Origin: a virus
Length of the DNA: 64,000 bases
IMG/VR virus record: IMGVR_UViG_3300035703_000027
Coordinates: 32,001-96,000 of that record
Reading direction: 5' to 3' (one strand)
Of the stretch, positions 18,335 to 27,312 are shown in pieces (position 1 is the stretch's first letter; each line of letters begins with the position of its first letter). Both the position numbers and the translations under genes were made by a program. The notes under the pieces are model-generated. The model had not been told where the DNA came from and did no database searches. It saw only the letters and a list, made by a program, of their open reading frames with translations.

Positions 18335-18506
18335 GTTCAAGAGCGCCAGCCGCGGGGGTCTGGTGGACCCCAAACACAAGCAACCGACGAACATCAGCTA
18401 CACCATCCTGGCAGAGGACATGGAAGCCGCCGCGGACCAGATCGAGTGGGTGATGCGGGCGGAGGACTTCGTGTTCCAGGATCTGCTCGTCACGGGCCCC
18501 CTGTGA
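18300..18506 (+). CDS. small hypothetical protein
   Basis: ATG 18300 overlaps the sigma gene end; 68 aa with normal composition. Confidence 0.5.
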   Translation: MKRFTVTARGVRFKSASRGGLVDPKHKQPTNISYTILAEDMEAAADQIEWVMRAEDFVFQDLLVTGPL

Positions 18507-18574
18507 CGTGCAGCGCCCGTGCTGCGGGCGTGCAGCACGGGCGCTGTGCGGGGGCTGCGTGCGCGCGGCGCGCC

Positions 18575-18886
18575 CTAGACGGGGGCCTCGTCCGCGCTCG
18601 CGGCGCTCGATGGGGGCGCGGGGGCGGCCGGGGCGGTGGGGGGTGCGGCCGGCGGGTGCACGCGGGTGCCCTCGGGGCGGCCGGGAGGCGGCGGGGTGAC
18701 GGGGTCGCACGTCGGGCAGGCCGCGGCGCGCCGCACCGGCACCTTGATCATGGCGGCGAGCGCGTCGGCGTAGCGCTGGGCGTCCGGCTCGGCCCACGCG
18801 TTCGTGAGGTTGAGCCGCTCCCCGTCGCCCACGAGGTCCACGGCCAGGAAGCGGCCGGGGTAGTGCATGTGGAGTTCGATGTGCAT
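18575..18886 (-). CDS. hypothetical protein
   Basis: RBS GGAGG; 103 aa. Confidence 0.55.
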   Translation of the reverse strand: MHIELHMHYPGRFLAVDLVGDGERLNLTNAWAEPDAQRYADALAAMIKVPVRRAAACPTCDPVTPPPPGRPEGTRVHPPAAPPTAPAAPAPPSSAASADEAPV

Positions 18887-18944
18887 GGGGCCTCCATGAG
18901 GAAGGGCCGCGCAGCGGGTGCCGCGCGGCCCGGGGCGGGGCGGT

Positions 18945-19874
18945 TCAGAAGGGCAGCTCGGCGTCGTCGGCCGCGTCCGCGTCGGGCGCCTCGGCCGCCG
19001 GGGCGTCCTGCGCCGCCTTGGCGGCCTTGGCCCGCAGGGCGAGCGCCAGCGCCCGGAGCTGGGCGGGCGTCAGCTTGGTGAAGCCGGCGTACCCGGGGAT
19101 GGTGTCCCGGCAGAACTGCGAGAGCGCCGCCTTGTCGAGCCCGGCGGCCTCGGCCGCGGCCTTGACGGCCGCCAGCGCGTCGCCGTCGGGCCCCTCGGGC
19201 TGCGCGGGCGCTGCGGGCACGCTGCGCACGGGCGGCATGGGCGCAACGGGCGTGTTGCGCATCGGCGGCTCGGCCGCCGCCACCGGGTTCTGGGCCTGGT
19301 CCATCTCCTCGGAGACGTACACGCCGCTCAGCTCGGACGGGAAGGCCCGCCGCAGCGCGAGGGCCTCGGCCACCTTGCCGATCATGACCTCGGGCATGGC
19401 GGCCCAGAACTTCATCAGGCCCCCGTCGCGCCGGCGGGCGGCGTAGGCGTTGAAGCGCGCCACCCCGTAGAGGGGCTGGGTGAACCCGTGCTTGAGCACG
19501 CCCACGCGGGCGGCGACCGGCGGCGTGTCGTAGGGCCACGCCTCGTGCCAGTTGCCGTCCTTGTCGAGCCAGTGCGGGCCCACCTGCCCGGCGTACCGCC
19601 CCGACCGCTCCGCGATGAGGCGGAAGCCGTCGATCGACACCTGGACCGCCACCACGTCGCGGCCCGCGTCATCGCGGCGCTTGACGTAGAACACCTGCCG
19701 GGCGAACGGGTCGAGCCGCAGGCGATTGGTCATGGCGATCGCCATGTCCACCTGGTCGGCCGGGGCGCCCGCCAGCATGGTGCGCTTGAGCAGCGCGATC
19801 TCTTCCTCGGAAAGGAAGGGGCGCTCGATGCTGACCACCTCGCCGGTGGTGTTGTTCACGTGCTCTGCCGTCAT
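18945..19874 (-). CDS. bet: phage single-strand annealing protein, Bet/RecT family
   Basis: LDPFARQVFYVKR...VQVSIDGFRLIAERSGRY; W..MPEVMIGKVAEALALRRAFP; acidic ELPF tail (SSB-like interaction tail). Confidence 0.88.
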   Translation of the reverse strand: MTAEHVNNTTGEVVSIERPFLSEEEIALLKRTMLAGAPADQVDMAIAMTNRLRLDPFARQVFYVKRRDDAGRDVVAVQVSIDGFRLIAERSGRYAGQVGPHWLDKDGNWHEAWPYDTPPVAARVGVLKHGFTQPLYGVARFNAYAARRRDGGLMKFWAAMPEVMIGKVAEALALRRAFPSELSGVYVSEEMDQAQNPVAAAEPPMRNTPVAPMPPVRSVPAAPAQPEGPDGDALAAVKAAAEAAGLDKAALSQFCRDTIPGYAGFTKLTPAQLRALALALRAKAAKAAQDAPAAEAPDADAADDAELPF

Positions 19875-19913
19875 GGTTCCTCCTTGGCCGGCTGCCTGCC
19901 GGGCTCAGGGGGG

Positions 19914-19940
19914 CCTATCCGCGCTGTCTGTGATTTATGC
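19914..19940 (-). promoter_or_regulatory. class B promoter-like motif GCATAA-N13-CGGATAGG
   Basis: Upstream of bet; recurs six times. Confidence 0.6.
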
Positions 19941-20492
19941 CGCGCCGATCGGGGCGATGGGCATGGCGGCGTCGGCCACCGTGCCCTTGCGCACCTCGAC
20001 GCGGTAGGGCCACAGCAGCGCGTGCTCCAGGATGACGAGCAGGTGCGGGCGCATGTGCATCGGATCGGCGTTCCGGTTGGCGATTGCCTTGGCGCGCAGC
20101 AGATCCGTCACGAGCGCCATGAGGGGGCCGGCCTGCGGCTGAATCTGGAGCCAGTCGTTGTGCACCTGGTAGGTGGGAGAGGGCTGGCGCGTCACCAGCT
20201 CCTCCGCGAGCTGCCCGCGGAAGCGCACGCGCTTGTCGGCGTCTTGCGTGTCCACGCCCGCCCCCGTCTGAAGGGCGGCGAGCATCAGGGCCCCGAGCTG
20301 GAGGCTGTGCGCGAGCGCCACGTCCGAGTCGAGCCCCGGGCCCTCCACGGCCTGCTGGTAGCCCGGCAGCAGCGCGAGCCCGCGGGCGATCGCCTCCTTC
20401 GCGGACACCGGGCGGGACAGCACCGGGTCGTCCGGGTTCTCCACCAGGTTCGCGAACAAACCCATCCAGCGCTTGAGCGCCAACTCTTCCAT
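19935..20492 (-). CDS. hypothetical protein
   Basis: GAAAGGA RBS before ATG 20492 (MEELALKRW). Confidence 0.65.
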   Translation of the reverse strand: MEELALKRWMGLFANLVENPDDPVLSRPVSAKEAIARGLALLPGYQQAVEGPGLDSDVALAHSLQLGALMLAALQTGAGVDTQDADKRVRFRGQLAEELVTRQPSPTYQVHNDWLQIQPQAGPLMALVTDLLRAKAIANRNADPMHMRPHLLVILEHALLWPYRVEVRKGTVADAAMPIAPIGAA

Positions 20493-20520
20493 GGCCGTGT
20501 CCTTTCGATGTGGGGGTGGG

Positions 20521-20829
20521 TCAGAGCCCTTCCAGCCAGCCGAGCCGGAACACGTAGCGCACCTGGTGCGCCTCCGCGAGGGCCTCGCCGGCCGTGACCT
20601 GGCGCGTGCCGGCACAGAAGCCCAGGTAGAGGTCAGGGCGCTCCGCCGCCAGGTAGCCCTGCGCGCGCGCCAGCGCCTTGATCGCCACGTAGACCGCCTG
20701 CTGGCCGATCGCCGTGACCTCCAGGTTCAGCTCGCGCCGGAACTCACGCTCCCGCACCGCATGCGCGATGGCGCCGGCGACACGCGCCGGCTGCGACTCG
20801 TTCTTGACCCGGATGGCCGTGGTGCTCAT
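20521..20829 (-). CDS. spoVS: SpoVS-like protein
   Basis: IRVKNESQPARVAGAIA...EVTAIGQQAVYVAIKALARAQGY parallels SpoVS LKVSAKSSPNSVAGALA...EIQAIGAGALNQAVKAVAIARGF. Confidence 0.75.
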   Translation of the reverse strand: MSTTAIRVKNESQPARVAGAIAHAVREREFRRELNLEVTAIGQQAVYVAIKALARAQGYLAAERPDLYLGFCAGTRQVTAGEALAEAHQVRYVFRLGWLEGL

Positions 20830-20847
20830 GGCCCCACCGTAACACGG

Positions 20848-21108
20848 TCAGAACGGCTCAAAGTCCTCATCTTCCACAGGCTCGTGCAACGCGTCGCGCC
20901 CGCCCGGGCCCGCGTCGCCTGCGCGCAGGTGCGCGCGGCCCGCCACCCAGAACACCGACCGCTTCAGGTAGGGGCCGCGCAGCAGCCCCTCGATGCGCGC
21001 CACGCCGGCCGCCCCCTGGCCGAAGTAGAAGGCCAGCTCCAGCGGCGTCGCCGGCCCAAGGGTCGCGAGCGCGTCGAGCAACGTGAAGATCGTGACGCGC
21101 CGCGGCAT
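20848..21108 (-). CDS. small winged-helix-like protein
   Basis: MPRRVTIFTLLDALATLGPATPLELAFYF; coupled to the upstream gene. Confidence 0.5.
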   Translation of the reverse strand: MPRRVTIFTLLDALATLGPATPLELAFYFGQGAAGVARIEGLLRGPYLKRSVFWVAGRAHLRAGDAGPGGRDALHEPVEDEDFEPF

Positions 21109-21112
21109 CCCT

Positions 21113-21718
21113 TCAGCCCCCGAACAACCGCGCGAGGAACCCCTTGGGCTTCTCGGGGGGCGCCTGCAACGCCGCGAGCTGCTGCTGCGCCGCAAGCAAC
21201 TCGCCCTGCAACCGCACAATCTCCGCCTGCGCGTCCCGGTCCGCCTGCAACTTCTCGACCATCGCGCGCGAGGCCTCGGCGAACTTCTCCAGCCGTGCCT
21301 CGGAGGACTCCGCGATCGCCAGGGCCTGCGCCTGCGTCTCCTGCATCGCCGCCCGCACCGCCTCGGCCACCGCCTGGTGCAGGTCCCGCTGCTCGGGCAG
21401 CGCCGCCGTCAGCCGGTCCAGGCGTTGCAGCACCTCCGCGAGGTCGGGCCCCACGCCCGCGCCCTTGCGGCTCGGGTGCGCCGTCGGGTGCTCCGCCTCG
21501 AACCGCCGCCGAATCTCCTCCCACGGCAGCTCGGGCTTCACCGTCAGCCGCAGCGGCTTGGCGTAGGCCAGCAGCGCCATGTCGTCCGGCGTGAACAGGT
21601 GCGTGTTGCCGGAGGTCAGCTCCGGGTCGAGCTGCAAGCTCGACACCCACGTGCGGAACTGCCCCGGCGTCAGGCCCAGGCGCTCCCGCACCTCGGCGCC
21701 GGTCATCTTCTTCTCCAT
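21113..21718 (-). CDS. MerR-type HTH, coiled coil and C-terminal amphipathic helix (RacA-like architecture)
   Basis: MTGAEVRERLGLTPGQFRTW...THLFTPDD; long coiled coil; ends KPKGFLARLFGG; AGGAG RBS. Confidence 0.7.
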   Translation of the reverse strand: MEKKMTGAEVRERLGLTPGQFRTWVSSLQLDPELTSGNTHLFTPDDMALLAYAKPLRLTVKPELPWEEIRRRFEAEHPTAHPSRKGAGVGPDLAEVLQRLDRLTAALPEQRDLHQAVAEAVRAAMQETQAQALAIAESSEARLEKFAEASRAMVEKLQADRDAQAEIVRLQGELLAAQQQLAALQAPPEKPKGFLARLFGG

Positions 21719-22007
21719 GGTGGCTCCTATGGTCGCGCACGGCCGCCTCGACGCGTGCACGCGACACGCTTGCAGCACGCTTGCGGCAGGCACGCTGCGC
21801 CCGCGCCGCCCGCGGCAGCCGGTAGCCCAGGCGCGCGAGCGCCGCGAGCGTCTCGGGCGAGAGGTGGACCGGGCGACGGTGGCAGCGAAGGGGATACATG
21901 CCGCCAGCGTAGCGCCCGCGCGCCCCGCGGGGAGGTGATGCCCGTCACCAAGCAGCGTGGGTGCTGCAAGCCTGTTGCAGGCACGCTGCACCGGCGCAAC
22001 GCGCGCG

Positions 22008-22471
22008 CCGCTCACGGCTGCCCCAGCCGGGCGGCGGCAAGGCCACCGTCGAGCGTCCAGAACCAGGACGTAGATGGCCCAGCAGGTCGGGCTTTCAGTG
22101 CTTTGCGGTCAGGCATCGAGTTTGTCCCACAGCGCCAAGTCCTCCGGCCGCGGGTTGTCTTTTAACGCCTCGCGGTGGGCCACGGCCGCATCGACCAGCG
22201 CCCACATGCGGCGCATCTCGCCCTCGGCACGCAGTCGCAAGGCTTCCAGCTCCTTCACCATCGCGGCGATGTCGGCATGGTCGATGTCTTCCGGCTGCGT
22301 CTTGCGGAAGACGGTCACTATGCGGGGTTCTGACGCCCTGAAGGCGAGCTTTTTCTTGATGGGTTCCAAGTCCAACATTGGGCTGTCCTTTCTTTTATCG
22401 GGGTTGGCAGACCTGTCATGCGTTCTCGCAGCGCCACCTGAACCGCTCACGGCTGCCCCAGCCGGGCGGCG
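22008..22471. repeat. 29-bp direct repeat CCGCTCACGGCTGCCCCAGCCGGGCGGCG flanking a small gene
   Basis: Identical copies at 22008-22036 and 22443-22471. Confidence 0.85.
22109..22378 (-). CDS. Ead/Ea22-like small protein
   Basis: MLDLEPIKKKL...IAAMVKELEALR; paralogous to genes at 37.5-38.7 kb. Confidence 0.6.
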   Translation of the reverse strand: MLDLEPIKKKLAFRASEPRIVTVFRKTQPEDIDHADIAAMVKELEALRLRAEGEMRRMWALVDAAVAHREALKDNPRPEDLALWDKLDA

Positions 22472-22704
22472 ATCGCGAGGCAGCGTGGGCAATCCGCCGC
22501 GGTGTTCCTGGTTTTCACCTCGGTGCTGAAGTGGTTAGCCAGCACGGCTTCCGGCCGGCACAGCAGTGTCATCGCTGGGCGCTTGATGCGCCCGACGGTC
22601 AGGTCCTCGTCCGTCATCCAATGGACGCGATCCATCAGCTTAAGCTCTATAAGACTACGACGCCCGAATCGGCGCAGGATCATTTGGGCCCTCACCAGTG
22701 CCAT
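22447..22704 (-). CDS. small Cys-containing hypothetical protein
   Basis: LC...DCPRCLAIAARL, similar to 25072-25431. Confidence 0.55.
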   Translation of the reverse strand: MALVRAQMILRRFGRRSLIELKLMDRVHWMTDEDLTVGRIKRPAMTLLCRPEAVLANHFSTEVKTRNTAADCPRCLAIAARLGQP

Positions 22705-22705
22705 G

Positions 22706-23767
22706 TCACACCTCCTCGTCGTGCAGCTCGGCCGCCTGGCGCGCCAGGTAGGCGCTCAGGGCGCCCTCGGCCTCGTAGGGGTCGGCGTAGGCGGGGCTGA
22801 ACGCCCCCTCGCCCCAGGCGTCGCCCTCGTCGCCCGCGCCCTCGAAGTGCCAGCCATCCGGCTGGAGCGTCACGTCGAAGCCGGCCGGACCAGTGACGCG
22901 GCACGGGACGGCCCAGGCGCCGTTCACGTCGGCCACCATCCAGGCCCGGGCCCGGCGGACCGTCGTGCGCTCGATGAACACCACCAGGGTGTCCTCGCGC
23001 TGGCGCAGGGCCTCCAGGTAGGTGGCCTCCACGTCCGGCGGGGGCGGCTCGCCCTCGCCCTCCAGGCGCTGCGCGCGGGCCCACAGGGCCTCGGCCGGGG
23101 TCGCGACCCGGTGCCGGAGGTCGGCCCGGATTTCCTCGGCGAACAGCGCGTCCCAGTCGCCGCCTCGCGCGGCGTGGACCGCCTCGCAGGCGGCCAGCTC
23201 GGACTCGGCCTTCACGACGGCCAGGTCCCGGGTGTTGTCGGTCACGCGGTAGTAGGTCATGGTTTGTCTCCTTCTTGGCAGACCCCCATCCGCACCCGCC
23301 CCGGGGCTATGCGGACCCGCCGCCAGCAGCCGCGCGATCGCCGCCTTGCGGGTCGGTGCGGGCTCGCCCGCCCAGAGGCACGGGTCGCCGTCGGGCGCCA
23401 CGGGCACCCACCCGCCGGCCTCGGCGGTCGTCACCCAGCCGCGGAAGCGGCCGTCGGCGTCGTGCACCTCGCGGCACCCATCGAGCCGCGCGTCCCCGAT
23501 CGCCGTGTCGGGCGTCAGGGTCACGGCCCCCGTGCCGGGGCGATCGCCCGGGTGCAGGTGGCAGGGGAGGTCTTGCACGGCCTCGCCGTAGGGCCATGGC
23601 TGGTCGCCCGTGGCAGCGCGCCACACGTCACGATCGCTGTGCGCCCACATGTCCGGCCCGAGGGCCGCGATCGCGGCCTCGACGGCCGCGGCGTCCGCCC
23701 GGGCGCCGCACACGCGGGCCAGGCGCTCCGCCACCAGGGCGCGCTGCAAGGGGGTGGTGGGGGTCAT
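22706..23767 (-). CDS. hypothetical protein(s): long frame with an internal start at 23260
   Basis: One open frame, but ATG 23260 has its own GAAGGAG RBS and class B motif. Confidence 0.55.
   Translation of the reverse strand: MTPTTPLQRALVAERLARVCGARADAAAVEAAIAALGPDMWAHSDRDVWRAATGDQPWPYGEAVQDLPCHLHPGDRPGTGAVTLTPDTAIGDARLDGCREVHDADGRFRGWVTTAEAGGWVPVAPDGDPCLWAGEPAPTRKAAIARLLAAGPHSPGAGADGGLPRRRQTMTYYRVTDNTRDLAVVKAESELAACEAVHAARGGDWDALFAEEIRADLRHRVATPAEALWARAQRLEGEGEPPPPDVEATYLEALRQREDTLVVFIERTTVRRARAWMVADVNGAWAVPCRVTGPAGFDVTLQPDGWHFEGAGDEGDAWGEGAFSPAYADPYEAEGALSAYLARQAAELHDEEV
23285..23312 (-). promoter_or_regulatory. class B motif GCATAG-N14-CGGATGGG
   Basis: Upstream of ATG 23260. Confidence 0.5.
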
Positions 23768-24534
23768 GGGGCCTCCGGGTCTGCGCCCGGGTGACGCGAG
23801 CTAGATGAGGGCGGTATGAATCGGGGTCGCATGAACACCTGCCGCTCGGGGTAGCCGAAGTCCACGCCGTCGAGCCACGAACTGCTGGTTTTGCCGGCCA
23901 GGTCGTAGTAGAGGCCGAGCAAGGGGCCTTTCTCCATAGCGCGCAGCGGCTCGTCGGTCTGATGGTCGAAAAGCCACATGGCAAGTTTTCCTGCGGACTT
24001 TTCACGCGCAATACAGGCCTCCAGCGCTTCTTCGGGCAGCTCGAAGGCGCCGCTCAGCCGCCCCTTACCATCCGCCCGTTGGTAGTGCCAGGTGAAATCT
24101 CCATCGCCGTACTGGGCCAGGACCACATAGCCACCGGGCACGTAGGATCGTGCCTCGACGGCATCCACCCAGCCCTCTTTTCCCGAGCCCTCTTCTACGC
24201 CTCGCACCAGCCACACGCGCCCGCCGTAAGCCACAAGCAGGCTGGCGCTATCCGATTTGCAAAACTCCATCCAGGTGGCTGTCAGGGCTGGCGGCACGGA
24301 GAGGCCTCCTCCCTGGTACATCACCTCGGTGTCACCGTCCTGAAGGAAAAAGTTGAACTCTTCGTCCCACGTTTCTCGGCAGGGCAGGTCGCCAGGGATG
24401 GCCTCCACCCCAACGTCCAAGAAAAAGATGTTGTAGGTGTGCACCAGCTCCATGATGTCGTCGCCCGAGTCGTCGTCGTGGACCACCCCGATCGTGCGTC
24501 CGTTCTTCTTCTCGAAAACGTGGTAGTAGGGCAC
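23764..24534 (-). CDS. acidic hypothetical protein (lower GC)
   Basis: GTG with GGAG RBS; 256 aa; visibly more AT-rich than its flanks. Confidence 0.65.
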   Translation of the reverse strand: MPYYHVFEKKNGRTIGVVHDDDSGDDIMELVHTYNIFFLDVGVEAIPGDLPCRETWDEEFNFFLQDGDTEVMYQGGGLSVPPALTATWMEFCKSDSASLLVAYGGRVWLVRGVEEGSGKEGWVDAVEARSYVPGGYVVLAQYGDGDFTWHYQRADGKGRLSGAFELPEEALEACIAREKSAGKLAMWLFDHQTDEPLRAMEKGPLLGLYYDLAGKTSSSWLDGVDFGYPERQVFMRPRFIPPSSSSRHPGADPEAP

Positions 24535-24544
24535 AGCTCCGTCC

Positions 24545-24784
24545 TCACTTCACCGTCACGTGCACGCGACCCTCGACATGGTTGCCGTAGCGGTCGGTGC
24601 GGATCGCCATCCCGATGTAGGCCCCGGGGACCACGCGGTCCGAGGCATCGACCGGCCCGCGCCGGTTCTCCCACTGGACGGTCCAGGCGTCGCCGTCCTT
24701 AAAACCGCACGCGCGCAGCGCGGCCCGGTCGATCCCGTCCGGGGTGCGGGCCTTGGCCGTGGTCTGCCCTTCGATGGTGTACAT
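24545..24784 (-). CDS. hypothetical protein
   Basis: AGGAGG RBS; 79 aa. Confidence 0.65.
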   Translation of the reverse strand: MYTIEGQTTAKARTPDGIDRAALRACGFKDGDAWTVQWENRRGPVDASDRVVPGAYIGMAIRTDRYGNHVEGRVHVTVK

Positions 24785-24793
24785 GGGTGCCTC

Positions 24794-25060
24794 CTACATG
24801 TCGCCGTTGCTAAGGATGTAGCCGAGCGTCTCGCGGTAGCCCCCGAGCGGGGCCTCGATGACCTCGGCCGCCTGCTCCGGGGTGACGCCCTGGTCGTGCA
24901 GCTCCTTCGCCGCCCGCGGCTGGTAGGTCTTGGCCGCGATGTAGCCGCGGATCAAGTCCTCACCGAGCCCCGTCGCGACCCACTCGGCCGCGATGGTTGG
25001 GGCGGGCTCGCCGCCGGTCAGCCAGTCCCCCTGGCTCTCGATGAAGGCAATCAGGTCCAT
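24794..25060 (-). CDS. hypothetical protein
   Basis: AGGAGG RBS before MDLIAFIESQ. Confidence 0.65.
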   Translation of the reverse strand: MDLIAFIESQGDWLTGGEPAPTIAAEWVATGLGEDLIRGYIAAKTYQPRAAKELHDQGVTPEQAAEVIEAPLGGYRETLGYILSNGDM

Positions 25061-25071
25061 GGTAGTTCCTC

Positions 25072-25431
25072 CTAACACTGTGCGCCACTTGCTTCGGGCG
25101 CGGGAAGGGCGAGCCGCTCGGCAATCTCCAGGCACCGCAGGCAGTTGGCCTTGTCGGCATGCCCGGGTTGCAGGCCCCAGAACTTGTGACTTGGCTTGCA
25201 CAGGGCGTCGCCCGCCTTGCGTTTGAGCCGGCCGCTGGCGATCGCCTCGGCCACGACGATGTGGTCGCCGCCGTCATTGGTGGCAGTTTGCGACCAGCCC
25301 ATATAGGCGTGCTTCACGACCGTCGGGAACGGCAGCCGCGCACGGAGCGCTTCGCCGGCCGCCAGGAAACCCTGCTTGGTCGCATCCGCGGCAGCACTGG
25401 CCTCGATCTCGTACTCGGTGATGGTGCTCAT
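25072..25431 (-). CDS. Cys-containing hypothetical protein
   Basis: GAAAGGAGG RBS; ALC...NCLRCLEIAERL. Confidence 0.65.
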   Translation of the reverse strand: MSTITEYEIEASAAADATKQGFLAAGEALRARLPFPTVVKHAYMGWSQTATNDGGDHIVVAEAIASGRLKRKAGDALCKPSHKFWGLQPGHADKANCLRCLEIAERLALPAPEASGAQC

Positions 25432-25456
25432 GGGGAGCCTCCTTTCGGTGGCCTTC

Positions 25457-25483
25457 CCTATCCACCCGTGCCCGGGTTTATGC
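25457..25483 (-). promoter_or_regulatory. class B motif GCATAA-N13-TGGATAGG
   Basis: Upstream of ATG 25431. Confidence 0.6.
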
Positions 25484-25670
25484 GCAGCCGGTCCGCGGCG
25501 GCACCCATCTTGATGAGGTCCAGCGGCGCGACCCAGCGCCGGACCCCATCGTCGAAGCGCACCTCGACGCCGCGCTCGTCCACGGCCAGGACCACGCCCT
25601 GCCGCAGCCCGCGCTCGTTGGGCACGGGCCGCCCCACGCGCTGCCCGGGCGCGATCGCCTCCGACATCAC
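25458..25670 (-). CDS. small SH3/KOW-like beta protein
   Basis: PGQRVG...GVVLAVDERGVEVRFDDG. Confidence 0.5.
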   Translation of the reverse strand: MMSEAIAPGQRVGRPVPNERGLRQGVVLAVDERGVEVRFDDGVRRWVAPLDLIKMGAAADRLRINPGTGG

Positions 25671-25894
25671 GCCCCCTTGCCGACCGCCAGCGGCAGCGCG
25701 AGTTGGCCCTGCAACGCCGGCAGGCCAAGCCCCCCCGCAAAGCGCTGCAACGCGATACCCGCCTCGCCCCGGGCGACCACCACCGTGATGGCCTCGCCGG
25801 GTGCCTGCGAGACGCTCACGACCTCCAGCGGCAGCCCGCGGGCCTCCAGCGCTGCGACGAGCGCGTGAATGGGTTGCTCCAGTAAATGCTGCAC
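25667..25894 (-). CDS. hypothetical protein
   Basis: 75 aa; coupled to its neighbours. Confidence 0.5.
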   Translation of the reverse strand: MQHLLEQPIHALVAALEARGLPLEVVSVSQAPGEAITVVVARGEAGIALQRFAGGLGLPALQGQLALPLAVGKGA

Positions 25895-25930
25895 GGTTCC
25901 CTCAGCAGACCAGTTACCCGCCCGCGGGGC

Positions 25931-26500
25931 TCAGGGCACGAGCTTGAACGACTGCACGACCCGTTTCAGGTCGGCCTGGATGCGGGGGACCAGCTCGGCG
26001 TTGGCCGTGTCGTAGGTCGCCAGGATGACGAACAGGTTGTCGGTCACGTAGACGTGGTGGTTCTTCTTCAGCAGCCGGTGCGTGCCCCACGCCTCGCACG
26101 CCTGCCGCTCGCCGATCGTGAGCGTTTCCTGGTTCATCGGTGTGTGCATGTCTTTGAGCACCGCAACCGCCCCGTCGCACAGCTTGGCGGGATCGATGGT
26201 GCTCTCAGCCTGCACCCGCATCACGCTGACAATCAGGTGGATGCCGCGCGCGTACTCGGCGCCAACGCTGACGAGGTTCAGGTCGAGATTGCCGGCCTTG
26301 GGCTTCACCGTCCAGCCTGTCGGGTGCTCCAGCGTGAAGCCGTCCGCGCGGCCGTCATACAGCGCGTAGGCTGCCTGGCCGGAGGCGGCGGGCGCTGCGG
26401 CCAGGGTGTCGGGCGTCGGGGCCGCGGCCGGGGTGGTGGGCGTGGCCTGGCACGCGGCCAGCACGGCGGTCAGGGCGATCGCCAGGACGATGGGCTTCAC
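25931..26500 (-). CDS. lipoprotein (PsbP/DcrB-like fold possible)
   Basis: MKPIVLAIALTAVLAA|C lipobox; FTLEHPTGW motif; GAGG RBS. Confidence 0.7.
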   Translation of the reverse strand: MKPIVLAIALTAVLAACQATPTTPAAAPTPDTLAAAPAASGQAAYALYDGRADGFTLEHPTGWTVKPKAGNLDLNLVSVGAEYARGIHLIVSVMRVQAESTIDPAKLCDGAVAVLKDMHTPMNQETLTIGERQACEAWGTHRLLKKNHHVYVTDNLFVILATYDTANAELVPRIQADLKRVVQSFKLVP

Positions 26501-26570
26501 GGGGACACCTCGCGTTCGGAAAGGGGGAGCCCCATGGTAGCCCGCCAGTTGTCAGACTTGTCAACGCCAG

Positions 26571-26606
26571 TTGAAAGCCCTCCCGCCCCGAGGGGCGGAA
26601 GGGCTC
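26571..26606 (-). terminator. intrinsic terminator-like hairpin
   Basis: AGCCCT(T)CCGCCCC...GGGCGG(G)AGGGCT followed by TTCAA. Confidence 0.6.
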
Positions 26607-26704
26607 AAGGAGCCGGTGCACCAGCACCTGCATGAACGCGCCGGGGGCAAGCTCCGGCCTGCTCTCCTATTCAAACCAGTTCCAGCCCCCAGGTTGCCCG
26701 ATGC
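26571..26704 (-). ncRNA. candidate ~135-nt small RNA
   Basis: Lies between a class A promoter (26711-26750) and a strong hairpin plus TTTCAA; no credible ORF; complementary GGGGGCA/UGCCCCC and GGUGC/GCACC segments. Confidence 0.45.
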
Positions 26705-26710
26705 CCCCTC

Positions 26711-26750
26711 AGCGTAACACGGCGCGCTGCACGCACGCTGCACGTTTGCA
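26711..26750 (-). promoter_or_regulatory. class A promoter TGCAA-N29-TACGCT
   Basis: Forward strand AGCGTA 26711-26716 and TTGCA 26746-26750. Confidence 0.55.
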
Positions 26751-26759
26751 CCGTGCACG

Positions 26760-27206
26760 CTACCGGGTTCCCCCGCACCACTTTTTTCCGTAGACGCGGC
26801 GCCGGATTCCACGCTCGTCCATCTCCATATTGGTGTGGTTGTAGCCCTCCGCCGTGAAGCCGAACGCCATGTACTCCGCCTCGCTGATGTAGCCGTTCCG
26901 GTTGGCGTCGAGCCGGGCGAAGGCCTCGTCGCACATCGGCGACGGCAGCGGATACGGGAAGCCCTTGGGGTAGAAATCGTAGGGCACCGGCGCCCTGGGG
27001 GTGGGAGTGGGGCTCGGGGCCGGGCTCCGGGTGATGAGCATCGGCCGCCCCAGCGGAGCCGGGGTGCCGCTGGCGGTGGTGCGGGTGCTGGGGGCGGCGG
27101 AGGCGCCGCCGAGGCTGATCAGGGCGGGCACGGGCGTGCCGGCCGGCACCTGAATGACACAGGCACACAGCGCCAGCGCCGCGGTAATCAACAGGGGGAT
27201 GCGCAT
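26760..27206 (-). CDS. exported EF-hand protein
   Basis: Signal peptide/lipobox-like LCAC; Pro-rich linker; EF-hand loop DANRNGYISEAE. Confidence 0.65.
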   Translation of the reverse strand: MRIPLLITAALALCACVIQVPAGTPVPALISLGGASAAPSTRTTASGTPAPLGRPMLITRSPAPSPTPTPRAPVPYDFYPKGFPYPLPSPMCDEAFARLDANRNGYISEAEYMAFGFTAEGYNHTNMEMDERGIRRRVYGKKWCGGTR

Positions 27207-27285
27207 CGGGTGCTCCTCTCGGGTGGTCCGGCCGTCGTGTTGTCTCATGTGATAAACTTTACCCCGCCGGGCAAGGGCAGGGGTC

Positions 27286-27312
27286 CCCATCCCGGGCGCC
27301 AGAGAATTATGC
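27286..27312 (-). promoter_or_regulatory. class B motif GCATAA-N13-GGGATGGG
   Basis: Upstream of the EF-hand gene. Confidence 0.55.

Noticed and set aside
20836-20876. TGTTACGGT -10 upstream of spoVS as a class A promoter
   Set aside because: The upstream position holds GGAAG/TGGAA rather than GGCAA, so it is not counted. It may be an extended -10 promoter.
26571-26610. Hairpin plus TTCAA resembling an IS200/IS605 right end or TnpB omega-RNA 3' end
   Set aside because: There is no tnpA/tnpB/iscB in the window and no convincing target for the downstream 'guide'. The capsid terminator has the same TTCAA tail, so a terminator is the simpler reading.
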